From Candidatus Woesearchaeota archaeon (GTDB lineage Archaea > Nanobdellota > Nanobdellia > Woesearchaeales > UBA10216): 64,000 nt of DNA. Of this stretch, positions 49,370 through 60,024 are shown one piece after another; positions within the stretch are counted from its first letter, which is position 1, and each line of letters opens with the position of its first letter. The stretch is taken from contig JACPTF010000011.1 in the NCBI GenBank assembly GCA_016192915.1, forward strand, positions 2,118-66,117, read 5' to 3'. A program made the position numbers and the translations under genes. Below the pieces are notes generated by a model. That model was not told where the DNA came from. It was given only the letters and a program-made list of their open reading frames with translations, and ran no database searches.

Positions 49370-50260
49370 ATGACAACAAAAACTGAGCTTGAAAAAACAA
49401 CATCTTGGGGGCGAAGAATTGGAGGAATCAGCGAAGAGTCTGCCGCGTTTTTCTATAACGAATTTGGCTGGAAGGCTTATAATGATGCCCAGAAGTGGGC
49501 AAAGAAAAATAACGGCTACCTAGCATCAGCACACGGAATACTGGAACAAAGAGTTCAAGAGTCGTTAGACGGCCCTTCGTGGAATAGTTGGCTTACTCCT
49601 GACTATGAGGAAGATATAGGCTTAGATGCTGAAGGAAGATTCGGGAAGAGCGGAGAAGTTGTTCTCTTGGCAATCCAGGGCGGGGGAATAATGCTCAGCA
49701 GCCCAAAACGCCTGCAAGAAGCCTACAAAAAGAGAACACCGCAGGGAGAGCCATCCTTGAGGCAGGAAGAAATAAGCCAAGCGCTGGCAGGAATGCTGCC
49801 AAACGGACAACAAATCAAGGTCTACACCTTACAATCACTGTCCAAAGAAGACCCGGAACAGCTTCCGCGAACCTACGCGATAGTAGCGCCAGCACGAACA
49901 CTTCAGGAAACACCATCAGGATTAGTAGCTGTTGGAAAGCTGCCAAAAAGCGGGCTATTCGTAATGAGAGCTGGGCACCCAACAACAGCAGAAGATTACG
50001 ACAGAGCACTACAAAGAGCAGGAATCTCGGAATATGGAAATGAGCATGATATCTCTTTTAAAGAAGCGGACGGCGAAAACCCATCTTGGCGTTTGCTCAC
50101 CATCCATGGTCACTACAGTGGCCTTGAGGTAAATCGCATTGTGCCAGTGCCAAACACAGAATGTGACATCAATGATGCGCGATTCGTCGTGGTAGTACGT
50201 CAGGGGCGCGCCGGGGGAAGTCTACCGAAAGGTCCGGTACTGGAAGTAAATAAAAGGTAA
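49370..50260 (+). CDS. Hypothetical protein resembling DPANN DGR-target-like proteins
   Basis: WNSW.T..EE, IQGGG, G.LPNG..I.VY and LPRTY, ending in RLL...GL......ARFVVV. Confidence 0.6.
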   Translation: MTTKTELEKTTSWGRRIGGISEESAAFFYNEFGWKAYNDAQKWAKKNNGYLASAHGILEQRVQESLDGPSWNSWLTPDYEEDIGLDAEGRFGKSGEVVLLAIQGGGIMLSSPKRLQEAYKKRTPQGEPSLRQEEISQALAGMLPNGQQIKVYTLQSLSKEDPEQLPRTYAIVAPARTLQETPSGLVAVGKLPKSGLFVMRAGHPTTAEDYDRALQRAGISEYGNEHDISFKEADGENPSWRLLTIHGHYSGLEVNRIVPVPNTECDINDARFVVVVRQGRAGGSLPKGPVLEVNKR

Positions 50261-50334
50261 CCGGGGCAGTTACGCAGCAGTCAGGTAAAAGGGCAGGCCA
50301 TAATCTTAATCTAATTGGTGGAAGCAGATAGAGT

Positions 50335-51855
50335 TCACTTGCTTCCATACAGCGACTCGTTGACAAAAACATAGTAGCTTAGTTGGCCGTCGTAGTAGGT
50401 GCCGTTGAACACCTGCCTGAAGCTTGACTGCAGGTAGCTGTGCATGTTGGCCTTGGCGGTTTCGCATTCGAAGTCACCTGCTGGGCAGAAGAGCGTTTCT
50501 GAACTAAAAATAACTGCCTCAAACGCCTTGTTCTGCTCCCACTCGTTCAAAGCTTTAAGCTCCTGCGGAATGCCTTGGAAGGACGTGAAGTAGTAAGGGA
50601 AAAAGCGGTTGTTGCTGTAAGCGGCGAAAACAGGCTCTGATGTCAGAACAGCCCCCCTAATGCCGAGTGCTGAGACAGACTTGTAAAGCTCTGACGCCAC
50701 AGCAGGCTCGGATGATGGGCGCCAGCTGTAAAAGTGGTAATCTTTGTAGGCAGCAACGGCAAAGGAGAGGAGCAAAAGCGCTATCATGGCAACGAGTGCA
50801 AATGAACGCGCAGGCTTCAGCTTTGTGCTTATGCTGCGGCTAAGCTTCAACAACTCAAAGAACGCTGCAGCTGCAAAAATGCAGATTGCAGGCAGGAACA
50901 AAATCAGGAAGCGCTCGTCCTTGTTCTGGATGTAAGTGAAGTATGCTGCATAAATTGCAAAGTAAGAGGCCAGCAGCAGCTTGCCTGAGTCGGAAAACCA
51001 TTTCCTTTTCCAGAACAGGAATGCTGCGGCAATGGCTAGCACAAAAACAAAGTGCTGCTTGAACGCCTCAATCGCATAGAAAGAGTAGTTCAGCAGCGGC
51101 TCGGTTATGGCCTTTGCAGGGTTTGACTGGTGCCACGCTCCCAATATGAAAGGCCTGAATATTGCATCGTATGGGTTGCTGGTGAAAGGCCTGTAGAAGA
51201 CGTAATTGAAAACAAGGAAAGGCAGGGTAACCATGAAGAATGCTGTTGAAGTTTTAATTAGCGGCCATAACTGCGATTTCTTGGAGATTAATCCAGGAAT
51301 AATAACTGCTGCCGCTATTGCAGCCAGCACAAGCCCGTTTGGAAACTTGAAAAGCATTGCTAACGCTGCAGCAGCACCGGAAAGGTAGTAGCGCTTATTG
51401 ACGAAGAAATAGATTGTTGCCAGAACAAAAAAAAGCGAAGGAACTTCGGTGAGGATGTAGGAGGAGTATAGGAAGAAAAGTGGTGAGGCTGCAAGGAGGG
51501 CAGAGGCAAGAAACGCGACGTTTCTGTTGAAAAGCCTTTTCCCAGTAAGGTAGCACAGGATTATGCTGCCTGCTCCGAAAGCGACAGTTACGATTTCCGA
51601 AAAGAGCATTTGCGGCAGCTGCAGTTTCCAAACCAGGCCTGTAATCAGCGGCAGCCCTGGAGGCCTGAGCATCTCCCAAAGGCCAGAGCTGCCCAGAGAA
51701 TAAATGTACTTGCCCATGCCAAGGTAGACTGCCTCGTCCCAGATTGGAAGATGATACCTTAGTAGGAAAGCGACCTTTGCAGCGGCAAAAACAGCTAAGA
51801 TTAGCAGAAGTGGCTGCAATTGCTTATCCTGTAGTGTTTTCTGAAGCAGCCTCAT
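50335..51855 (-). CDS. GT-C (PMT/ArnT-like) membrane glycosyltransferase
   Basis: IWDEAVYLGMGK, RPPGLP, ILTEVPS and KDERFL, multi-TM. Confidence 0.85.
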   Translation of the reverse strand: MRLLQKTLQDKQLQPLLLILAVFAAAKVAFLLRYHLPIWDEAVYLGMGKYIYSLGSSGLWEMLRPPGLPLITGLVWKLQLPQMLFSEIVTVAFGAGSIILCYLTGKRLFNRNVAFLASALLAASPLFFLYSSYILTEVPSLFFVLATIYFFVNKRYYLSGAAAALAMLFKFPNGLVLAAIAAAVIIPGLISKKSQLWPLIKTSTAFFMVTLPFLVFNYVFYRPFTSNPYDAIFRPFILGAWHQSNPAKAITEPLLNYSFYAIEAFKQHFVFVLAIAAAFLFWKRKWFSDSGKLLLASYFAIYAAYFTYIQNKDERFLILFLPAICIFAAAAFFELLKLSRSISTKLKPARSFALVAMIALLLLSFAVAAYKDYHFYSWRPSSEPAVASELYKSVSALGIRGAVLTSEPVFAAYSNNRFFPYYFTSFQGIPQELKALNEWEQNKAFEAVIFSSETLFCPAGDFECETAKANMHSYLQSSFRQVFNGTYYDGQLSYYVFVNESLYGSK

Positions 51856-52576
51856 CGTCTTCCTCCAAAATTGCAGAAGAAATCCCTGAGCACTCTTCAA
51901 CAGGGGTTTTGAAAGAGCCGCAGACTATGGGCAGGAGGTTGCTTTTGGAGACGACGCCTTCGTACTTGCCCTCCCCAACTATTATGGTTGGGTAAGTGGT
52001 TACGTTGTAGCGCTTCTTCAGCATCTCAATCGATGCCTCATCGGCTTCAAGGTCTGTGTTTATCGGGAAAACAAGCAGCCTGTCGCCAAGGAGCTTCTTG
52101 TAGTAGGACAGTATTACGCCCTGGTCGGGGCATATGCTGCATTTTTCGTCAGAATAAAAGTAGAGGACTGATACAAAGTCCAGGTCACAGAGCTCCTTTG
52201 TTCTCTTCGCAAAAAGCCAGTACCTCAGGTTGTCAAGCACGTAAGCCCTGGCGAGTTCGTTGAACTCCTCCTGGTTGAAGTTAGCGGAAACCTTGTAGCT
52301 TTCCATTCTTTCAAGCGAGTCTGTCAGGCTTTTGATGCTGCTCTGGAGGCTAAGCCCAAACACAGGGCAGGAATCAGTGTTGTTCGTAAGCGTGTTGAGG
52401 TAAAGCTGCTGGAACTGCAGGCTCTTGTAGTTGAGCTCCTGCACCTTGGTTGCCTTCTCAACCTTCACCAGGCGCTGGTCATCAATCAGAACACTGAGCA
52501 GAAAGCCCAGGCTGAAGACAAGCAGCGAGATAAATCCAACGACAACGTACGTTTTCAGGTAGATTTGCCTAGCCAT
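51824..52576 (-). CDS. Membrane-anchored protein with C-terminal thioredoxin-like domain
   Basis: N-terminal TM helix, helical region, YFYSDEKCSICPDQG (CxxC) and YNVTTYPTIIV (cis-Pro loop). Confidence 0.75.
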   Translation of the reverse strand: MARQIYLKTYVVVGFISLLVFSLGFLLSVLIDDQRLVKVEKATKVQELNYKSLQFQQLYLNTLTNNTDSCPVFGLSLQSSIKSLTDSLERMESYKVSANFNQEEFNELARAYVLDNLRYWLFAKRTKELCDLDFVSVLYFYSDEKCSICPDQGVILSYYKKLLGDRLLVFPINTDLEADEASIEMLKKRYNVTTYPTIIVGEGKYEGVVSKSNLLPIVCGSFKTPVEECSGISSAILEEDDEAASENTTG

Positions 52577-53856
52577 TTATCCTTCCTCCCAAAAACAACC
52601 AACTGGAGCGCTGCCAGGACATACATGAAAGACAGAAGAATATAGTAAAAAAGGAAGTAGAACGGCAGGTAGACCATGCCGTGCTTCAAAACCGCCTCCC
52701 TGCTGCTCTTGTGAGCGAGCAGGAAAGTTGTAATAGCGAATGCCGTAAGGGTAAGTATTATGAAGAGCTTGCCAAAGTCGTACATTAAAACATCGAAGGA
52801 GAAATTAATGCTCCTTAACAGGGTTGGCAGGTCAAACCCTACAAGGTAAAGCTCATAAGCCCTTTGCCACCAGGGCAGGATTGTGAAATAAGTGAAGAAA
52901 AAGACCACAAAGCAGACGGTTATGTAGCCGAGCATAATCATGGGAAGCTGAAAAACGCCGAAATGGCCGTACTTTGGATTAAGGAACAGGGACTTGTACA
53001 TGATAAAGTTCAGCAGGCTTCCCCTCCACCACCTGCTTCGCTGCCTGTAAAGCTGCCTTACGCTGCCAGGCGCTGTCGTGTAAACATAGGCATCAAAACA
53101 GTGCTTAAGCCCGTAATTGTGCTTCTGCATCCTGTAGCCTATTTCCTGGTCCTCGGTAAGGTTGTGCTCATCAAAACCCCCAAGCTCCACCACAATGCTT
53201 TTCCTGTACAGGCTGAACGGCCCTGGCGCAACGTACAATGCATCGAATTGCGACAATAACCTGTTGGAGAAGAGCGTGACGATGTACTCAAGGCGCTGGA
53301 ACTTCTGGATAAAGCTTTTTGGCCTGAAGACCTTCATCGCAGGGGTAACTATCGCAAGCTCGGGGCCGTGCTGCCCGAAAACGTAAAGCATCCTGTGCAA
53401 CGTTTCCGGCTCAACAAACGAGTCCGAGTCAAGGCAGGCAAAAAACTCTCCCGAACACGATTTCAGGCCGTTGTTCATGGCAGCACCCTTGCCAAGGTTT
53501 TCCTGGCTCATCAGTTTTATATCGGCACCTTTGCAGCTGCGGATTAGCTCAGAAACAATTGCGGCTGTGTTGTCTGCAGAGCCGTCGTTGACAACCATTA
53601 TTTCAAGCATATCTTTCGGATAGTCTAAGTTGGCAACGGAAAGAACACACTCCCTTATAGTTGCTTCAGCATTATAAGCGGGGATTATCACAGAAACCTT
53701 TGGAAAACGGCTAAGCCTTCTCTTGCCTGAGGCAGAGCTCTTAGCTTCTTCCCTGAACAGCTCATACCTCTCAAGAAAGGCGTAGAGCCAGAAAATGGTG
53801 AAGTACAGGCCAAGAAGGTACATGGCCCAGACCAAAACCTCAACACCGCCAATCAT
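52555..53856 (-). CDS. Processive GT2 (PgaC/IcaA/cellulose-synthase-like)
   Basis: IIPAYN, VNDGS, LDSDS, LTED and QRSRW (QxxRW), with flanking TM helices. Confidence 0.9.
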   Translation of the reverse strand: MIGGVEVLVWAMYLLGLYFTIFWLYAFLERYELFREEAKSSASGKRRLSRFPKVSVIIPAYNAEATIRECVLSVANLDYPKDMLEIMVVNDGSADNTAAIVSELIRSCKGADIKLMSQENLGKGAAMNNGLKSCSGEFFACLDSDSFVEPETLHRMLYVFGQHGPELAIVTPAMKVFRPKSFIQKFQRLEYIVTLFSNRLLSQFDALYVAPGPFSLYRKSIVVELGGFDEHNLTEDQEIGYRMQKHNYGLKHCFDAYVYTTAPGSVRQLYRQRSRWWRGSLLNFIMYKSLFLNPKYGHFGVFQLPMIMLGYITVCFVVFFFTYFTILPWWQRAYELYLVGFDLPTLLRSINFSFDVLMYDFGKLFIILTLTAFAITTFLLAHKSSREAVLKHGMVYLPFYFLFYYILLSFMYVLAALQLVVFGRKDKWLGKST

Positions 53857-53882
53857 GAGCAGAAAGCACGCACAAGGCTTTT

Positions 53883-54836
53883 TTAAAGGTTTGTAAACGA
53901 AACCAGCTCAAAATCCTCGCTGCCGATTTTGAATTTCTTCAGCACCTTTGGTTTGAACTTGCAATCCGCAGCGGCAACCGAAACGGCATCTTTGTCCTTT
54001 AGCAAAAAAACGATAGAGCCGTCCTTTTTAAGGAAATATCGAGCCTGATAAAAGAATTCTCTGTACATCTTAGCCAGCTTATCATTCTCAGCTATTGCAA
54101 AAACACCTTGACCGCTCCTGAACTGCGGCGGATAACTAACAACCAAGTCAATGGAGTGTTCATCCAGCTTGGCATCAAGCCAGTTAATGTCCAGACGGCT
54201 GAACCGAATTAGCTTGTTAACACCAGCAATCTTGGCGTTCTTCTCAGCAAACCTGACGTTCTGCATTGAGGAAGAGGAGGAAAGTATTTTGGGCTTTGAG
54301 CTTTTAACACGCTTTTTAGCGGCTGCAGCCGCCTCTTTTTCAGCAGCAAAGAATTCAGCCAAATTCAGTCCCGAGAAGCGTTGCTGATGCGAAAAAGCCG
54401 AAGCCAGGACGTCTTTGCGGTAATAATTGACAGGAAAGCCAGAGCTGTAAAGGGCTGCTTCAATGGCTATCGAGCCAGACCTTGTGAAGGGGTCAAAAAG
54501 GAACTCCCTGCCGCTGTAGCCGGAAGCCCTGAGAAGCAGGTAAGCAAGGCAGCTGCTGACACCGCCGGGGTCACCAAAAACATTGTATTCCCTGCTGCCT
54601 AGGTCAAACAGGCTTATTTTCCTGCCATTAAAAAAAACAGAATTTGCCGATTGCGAAAGGTAGCAAAGTTTGCACAAATCAGAAAAGCTTTGGGCAGTGA
54701 AGTTAACCATTCCAGCCGCTGTTTTTGCTGCCTTTGCGCCAATAAGCTCGCTAACCTCAGCAGCTGCGATGCCCTCAAAGCCAGGGATGGTTACGACTGC
54801 CGCATTATGCTGAGCTTTCATGGTTGTCGGTGCCAT
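53883..54836 (-). CDS. Divergent THUMP-family RNA methyltransferase-like protein (RlmL/Trm14-like)
   Basis: [38 protein letters not shown] and VVSYPP. The THUMP region looks shortened. Confidence 0.65.
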   Translation of the reverse strand: MAPTTMKAQHNAAVVTIPGFEGIAAAEVSELIGAKAAKTAAGMVNFTAQSFSDLCKLCYLSQSANSVFFNGRKISLFDLGSREYNVFGDPGGVSSCLAYLLLRASGYSGREFLFDPFTRSGSIAIEAALYSSGFPVNYYRKDVLASAFSHQQRFSGLNLAEFFAAEKEAAAAAKKRVKSSKPKILSSSSSMQNVRFAEKNAKIAGVNKLIRFSRLDINWLDAKLDEHSIDLVVSYPPQFRSGQGVFAIAENDKLAKMYREFFYQARYFLKKDGSIVFLLKDKDAVSVAAADCKFKPKVLKKFKIGSEDFELVSFTNL

Positions 54837-57306
54837 TGCTTGCGCCGTTGCTGCCGTTTGCGCTTTCTTTAGGCACCTTGGCTAGTGAGACAACAGAATC
54901 GCCCTCGTCAAGCTTCATAAGCCTTACCCCCTGGGTGTTCCGGCCAATCTCTGAAACGCCTTGCGCTGCAACCCTGATTATGTTGCCCTTTTTGCTTATG
55001 GCTATAATGTCGTCATCCCCTGTGACAGAGGCAATTGCTGCGACAGGGCCGTTCCTTTCAGTTGTTTGTATGTTAATAACCCCAGAACCGCCTCGTGAAA
55101 TCAGCCTGTAGTCGCTCACAGGGCTGCGCTTGCCAAAGCCATTAACGGTTATTGTGAAAAGGGATTTTGACTCGTCAGCAACAACCATGCCTATGACAGA
55201 GTCGCTGCCCTTGAGCTTTATCGCCTTTACCCCTTTTGCAGACCTGCCAACAGGCCTGACATCCTGCTCGTCAAAGCGTACAGCAAGCCCGTTGCCTGTT
55301 GCGACAATCAGCTGCTGGCTTCCGGAAGTGGCAACAACATTAATCAGCTCGTCCTTTTCTTCGAGCGTAATTGCAATAATGCCCCCCCTCCTGGGGTTTG
55401 AATAAGCTGACAGCCCTGTCTTCTTTATAGTGCCGCTCTTTGTAATCATGACCAGGTTGCCTGCAAATTCAGTGACGGGGATGAAAGCTGTTATTTTTTC
55501 GTTCTCACGAAGCTGCAGCAAATTAACGATTGCCTTTCCAGAAGCGTACCTTGACGCCTCGGGAACCTCATGAACCTTGAGCCAGTGCACCATGCCCATG
55601 CTTGTAAAGAACAGCAGGAACGAGTGAGTGTTGGCAACAAATATGCTCTCAACAAAGTCTCCTTCCCTTGTTGCTGCAGCGATTATGCCTTTCCCCCCTC
55701 TTCTCTGCTGCCTGTACGCGTCAACCGAGATGCGCTTGATGTAACCGGCATGGGTTACTGTAACAACAACATCCTCAGGCTTTATGGTGTCCTCAGCAAC
55801 AATCTCCTCGCCAGAATCAACAATCTCTGTCCTCCTGCCGTCGCCAAACTTCTGTGAAATCCCGGAGATTTCTGAAATTATAATCTTAGATACCCTGGAC
55901 TCTGAAGCCAGGATGCCGTGGTAATCGGCAATGTCCTTAAGCAGACCAGCGTGCTCATCCCTGATGCTCTGCTGCTCCAAGGAGACGAGGCGCTGCAGCT
56001 TCATCTCAAGGACTGCCTCGGCCTGCTTCTCAGACAAGGAGAACTGCGATGTTAAAGATGACCTGGCAGATGCCTTATCATCGCTACCCCTGATTAGGCT
56101 TATCACGGCATCAATGTTTTTCAAAGCAACCAGCAAGCCCTCAAGAAGGTGAGCCTTGTCCTGGGCAGTCCTCAGCAGGAAGGCTGTCCTCTTCCTGACA
56201 ACCTCACGCCTGTGCACGATAAAAGAGTCAATCATGCCGCGCAGGGTGACCTGCTTGGGAACACGGCCAACAAGCGCTATCAATGCGATTGGAAAAGAGC
56301 TGTCAAGCCTGCTGTGGACAAGCAGCTGGTTCAGAATAATCTCAGGGTTAGCGTCCTTCTTCAAATCTATGACAACGCGAATCCCCTCCCTGTTGCTTTC
56401 ATCCCGGATGTCCTCAACTCCAGTAACAACCTTATCCCTGACCAAGCCAGCTAATTCCTCTACCATCAATGATTTGTTAACCTGATAAGGAATCTCTGAG
56501 ACTATTATACTGGTACGGCCTTTTCTCTGCTCAAAGGCAGTACGGGCCCTGACGCGGATGATGCCCCTGCCGTTAAGGTATGCTTCGCGGATGCCGCCAG
56601 TGCCGCAGATGATGCCACCAGTAGGAAAATCCGGGCCTGGAACAAGCCGGACAAGCTCTTCAAAGGATAAATCAGGATTGTTAATGGCAGCAACAATAGC
56701 TGCACAGATTTCCATCAAATTATGGGGAGGAATATTAGTTGCCATGCCTACAGCTATCCCTGAGCTGCCGTTGACAAGAAGGGTGGGGAACTTCCCGGGA
56801 AGTACAACAGGCTCCTCAAGGCTGCCGTCAAAATTCTTTGCAAAGCCAACAGTTTCCTTGTCAATGTCCTCAAGAAGAAGCTCGGCAATCGCTGACAGCC
56901 TAGCTTCAGTATACCTCTGGGCCGCAGCTCCATCCCCGTCGACGCTACCGAAATTCCCTTGCCCGTCAACAAGTGGGTAACGCAGGGAGAATCCCTGAGC
57001 CATCCTAACAAGAGCATCATAAACGGCCATGTCGCCATGGGGGTGGTACTTGCCCATAGTGTCACCCACAATCCTGGCGCACTTCCTGTAAGGCTTGTTG
57101 TGCTGCAGACCCAAATCAAGCATGGCAAAAAGAATCCTCCTCTGAACCGGTTTTAACCCATCGCGGACGTCAGGCAAGGCCCTGGAGACAAGGACAGACA
57201 TGGCATAATCCAGGTAAGAAGACTTCATTTCCTCTTCAATCTCACGATTAAGGATGGATGATTTCAACCCGGTTTCCGGTACCTTTTCTGGGAGATTTTC
57301 TGCCAT
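54805..57306 (-). CDS. gyrA: DNA gyrase subunit A
   Basis: [38 protein letters not shown] catalytic Tyr, GyrA-box QRRGGKG and C-terminal repeats. Confidence 0.97.
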   Translation of the reverse strand: MAENLPEKVPETGLKSSILNREIEEEMKSSYLDYAMSVLVSRALPDVRDGLKPVQRRILFAMLDLGLQHNKPYRKCARIVGDTMGKYHPHGDMAVYDALVRMAQGFSLRYPLVDGQGNFGSVDGDGAAAQRYTEARLSAIAELLLEDIDKETVGFAKNFDGSLEEPVVLPGKFPTLLVNGSSGIAVGMATNIPPHNLMEICAAIVAAINNPDLSFEELVRLVPGPDFPTGGIICGTGGIREAYLNGRGIIRVRARTAFEQRKGRTSIIVSEIPYQVNKSLMVEELAGLVRDKVVTGVEDIRDESNREGIRVVIDLKKDANPEIILNQLLVHSRLDSSFPIALIALVGRVPKQVTLRGMIDSFIVHRREVVRKRTAFLLRTAQDKAHLLEGLLVALKNIDAVISLIRGSDDKASARSSLTSQFSLSEKQAEAVLEMKLQRLVSLEQQSIRDEHAGLLKDIADYHGILASESRVSKIIISEISGISQKFGDGRRTEIVDSGEEIVAEDTIKPEDVVVTVTHAGYIKRISVDAYRQQRRGGKGIIAAATREGDFVESIFVANTHSFLLFFTSMGMVHWLKVHEVPEASRYASGKAIVNLLQLRENEKITAFIPVTEFAGNLVMITKSGTIKKTGLSAYSNPRRGGIIAITLEEKDELINVVATSGSQQLIVATGNGLAVRFDEQDVRPVGRSAKGVKAIKLKGSDSVIGMVVADESKSLFTITVNGFGKRSPVSDYRLISRGGSGVINIQTTERNGPVAAIASVTGDDDIIAISKKGNIIRVAAQGVSEIGRNTQGVRLMKLDEGDSVVSLAKVPKESANGSNGASNGTDNHESSA

Positions 57307-57493
57307 TTTTACCGACGAGAAACATGAAGAAACATGGCTTTAAAAAGGTTTAGGAAAAAAACATATTAAAAAACGCAAAAAGAGCAGTGCAGCAACAAAA
57401 AATATAAACAAAGCAGCTAAAAGAGGCTTTTTTAAGGGGATTTTTTTGGGAGCAAGAAACATTCACAAGGTGCAAAGAAGCAGGGATAAAGCC

Positions 57494-57841
57494 ATGCTGA
57501 GGCAGCTTTCTTATGAGCTAAACAGCGTATTTGGTGAACTTAAGCGGGCAAGGGCAATAGGCGCAATAGCTGTGGCAGAGGAGCTAACCGGAAATTATAA
57601 TTCCGCCAGAGAAAACTATGGCAGCGCGCTTGAGCTCCTGAGAGGAATTGAAACGGCAATCCAGGAAAACCCCTCAATAGGCGAGACGTTGGCAGATGTT
57701 GTCGAAGAGGAGCTAAAGCATGCTCGGGAAGGGCTGAAGTCAAAGCAGTTATCTGATACCGTAGTTTTACCAGAGTACCTTCAAATGGGAACTAAGCTTT
57801 ACAAGACCGATACTAATATGTCAAAGCTTCTGAACAACTGA
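57494..57841 (+). CDS. Hypothetical helical protein
   Basis: ORF divergent from gyrA with no recognised motif. Confidence 0.5.
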   Translation: MLRQLSYELNSVFGELKRARAIGAIAVAEELTGNYNSARENYGSALELLRGIETAIQENPSIGETLADVVEEELKHAREGLKSKQLSDTVVLPEYLQMGTKLYKTDTNMSKLLNN

Positions 57842-57976
57842 CTTATTGACGTTAAAAGAGAAATTGCAGTAAACGCACTTCTTGACCTTTTTGAAAACAT
57901 CGCCATCGCCGCTGCCGGCTTTTGCAGGCTGGTACTTCATCCTGTTATGGCACCTGGGGCACTCAAGAAGGAGCAT
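57821..57976 (-). CDS. 51-aa zinc-ribbon protein
   Basis: Below the ORF-track cutoff. MLLLECPRCHNRMKYQPAKAGSGDGDVFKKVKKCVYCNFSFNVNKSVVQKL* has two CxxC motifs, and its start overlaps the scpB end. Confidence 0.75.
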   Translation of the reverse strand: MLLLECPRCHNRMKYQPAKAGSGDGDVFKKVKKCVYCNFSFNVNKSVVQKL

Positions 57977-58571
57977 TTTCCGGCCCTCCTGGCGCGGCAG
58001 GCGCGGCTTGCGGCTGCTGTGGCTGTAATTGTGGCGAATTTGCGGCTGCTTCAGGCATGCCCTTGAACTTTTCCCTGACTTCCTGCTCTGTTTTCACGTC
58101 GAAATACTTGAAGAAGCGCTCGGTAAGCTTAATCATCTTCGACCTGCCGTGCTTCTCCCTGGTTATGAAGCCGGATTTTTCGAGGGCTGCGAGGTGGTCG
58201 TAGGCCTTGTTTGTCCTTATCCTTATCACGTTAGACTGCAGAACAGGAGCCTTCCAAGCGATTACAGCAAGGGTCTCAATCATGGTCCTTGTAAGCTCAG
58301 TCTCGGCAACAATCTTCTGCACAACAGGGGCATACTGCTCCCGCACAGTGAGTTTCCATCCGTCAGCTTCGTCTATCAGCAACAGCGATGAATCCTTGCT
58401 TTCGTACTCGCTTTTCAACTGCTGCAGCTGCTGCTGAACTACAACAGCAGTTGTCCGGCACAGCCGTGCAAGCTCGTCAACAGGCATTTTCCTGCCGGAA
58501 GCAAACAAGATGGCTTCAAGCTGCTTCCTCAAATCCTGCTTAACAACATTCTCAGACATAGTGGATGACAT
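57963..58571 (-). CDS. scpB: SMC-Scp complex subunit ScpB
   Basis: LEAILFASG, ETLAVIAWKAPV.QS.VI.IR and LTERFFKYF. Confidence 0.9.
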   Translation of the reverse strand: MSSTMSENVVKQDLRKQLEAILFASGRKMPVDELARLCRTTAVVVQQQLQQLKSEYESKDSSLLLIDEADGWKLTVREQYAPVVQKIVAETELTRTMIETLAVIAWKAPVLQSNVIRIRTNKAYDHLAALEKSGFITREKHGRSKMIKLTERFFKYFDVKTEQEVREKFKGMPEAAANSPQLQPQQPQAAPAAPGGPENAPS

Positions 58572-58612
58572 TGCGGCAGCTGTTATTAAATTTTTACTTT
58601 TAACCAGCCAGC

Positions 58613-59218
58613 TTACCTTTTGACAAGGCTTGTGTAATGGTGGCCGTCTTTTTTAACCAGTTTCTCTTCGGCGAACTTGGCGAGGAAGGGCTCAAGCTGC
58701 TGCTCAGCTATGCCAACCTTGATCGAGAGCTCACCAAGGGTCTTGGAACCCGATTCGAGGAGCAGAAGCACAATATTTTTCAGGAGGTTGTAAAGGTTCC
58801 TGTCAAGCAAGACATTGGCTGCATTAGTATTCTTGAGGCGCATGTCAACCTCGTGAAGCCTGCCAAGCAAATCGTTAAAAAGGTTTGAGAACTCCAGAGG
58901 CGCAAGCTTGAACTGTGCCGGCTCAACAATCTCAACAGACGAAGGCATGTAGTTAAAACAGATGTTGACAAGGGTTGCAAAATTCTTCACAAGAACCTGA
59001 AGCTCGGCAAACGTGCTAAAAAAAAGGCCCTGTGCCTTCGGCTCATGAACCTTGCCGCCCAAAACAAGAACGCCTGCCTCCTCGCGGAGCTGCTTAAGGA
59101 CCATACGCAGGGTTTCCTCAACATGCGCCTGGGGAGCCCCCACTATCTCAATGACAGTGCTAATCCTCATGTAGCCTTGCTCGAGCTTTTCCCTAATCTC
59201 TGCCTCGCCAACAGCCAT
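58613..59218 (-). CDS. Conserved hypothetical protein with C-terminal HTH-like region
   Basis: IEIVGAPQAHVEETL, FSTFAE and FNYMPSSVEIVEP. Confidence 0.7.
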   Translation of the reverse strand: MAVGEAEIREKLEQGYMRISTVIEIVGAPQAHVEETLRMVLKQLREEAGVLVLGGKVHEPKAQGLFFSTFAELQVLVKNFATLVNICFNYMPSSVEIVEPAQFKLAPLEFSNLFNDLLGRLHEVDMRLKNTNAANVLLDRNLYNLLKNIVLLLLESGSKTLGELSIKVGIAEQQLEPFLAKFAEEKLVKKDGHHYTSLVKR

Positions 59219-59254
59219 AGCAAAGAAGCAACAGGGAACGGTTTAAAAAGATTG

Positions 59255-59881
59255 CTAGAACTTCAGCGCCTCAAGCACCTTTGCAATATCCACCTCGGCA
59301 ACGACGAAAAGAGTCTCTGACCAGCAGCTCATAGTTTCAAGCACGTTTATTCCCCTGTCGCTAAGCAGGCCTGAGAGATAGCTGAAAACGCCAGGAGTTT
59401 CCTCAATCTCTTCAGGGCTGGCAATTACAACAAGGGCCAATTCAGCCCACACTTTGATGACGCTAGACTTGAAGCTGCTTCGGATGTCACCCAAAAAAGC
59501 TGCTGCGGTTATTATTGTTATGGCATTCGTGCCCTCTATAATGTAGAAAACGTTGCGGCTCTTCTTAATTTTTCGCTCAAGCTCAAGAAGGTCATCTGTG
59601 AAAACGTGCTTGTCAATCACCACAACAACAATTTTGGTTTTAACATCTATCCTGCTGTTTGACAGGATGTTTCTTACCCCTTCCTCTGCTGCTGATTTCG
59701 AAAGCCTCAAAAAAAATCTTCGGGCGGCAATCAGGACGGCATCAAAGTCGCTGCTTTTTAAGTTGTGTTCCCTGATTACCAACCGTGACAGCTTAGAGTA
59801 ATTAACCAGCTTCTTTTTCAGGCAGTCCTTAATGCTTGGGCGCTCGTTGATGTAATGCTCTGCCAGCTTAGTTATGTTCAT
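59255..59881 (-). CDS. ACT-domain protein with N-terminal helical DNA-binding-like domain
   Basis: PSIKDCL...VNYSKLSR and SPEEIEETPGV...L...GINVLETMSCWSETLFVV. Confidence 0.8.
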   Translation of the reverse strand: MNITKLAEHYINERPSIKDCLKKKLVNYSKLSRLVIREHNLKSSDFDAVLIAARRFFLRLSKSAAEEGVRNILSNSRIDVKTKIVVVVIDKHVFTDDLLELERKIKKSRNVFYIIEGTNAITIITAAAFLGDIRSSFKSSVIKVWAELALVVIASPEEIEETPGVFSYLSGLLSDRGINVLETMSCWSETLFVVAEVDIAKVLEALKF

Positions 59882-60024
59882 GACCTTTTTCATAAAAAGG
59901 TCAGTCGAAAACCGCACTTATAAATGTTTTGTTTAGGACATTTTTGTTTAATTTTGTCTGGAGTGGGGCAATAGGCTTTTAAGAGAGTGCATTTACCGCC
60001 ACAAGGCAAGCCAGTTTTTAGGCA

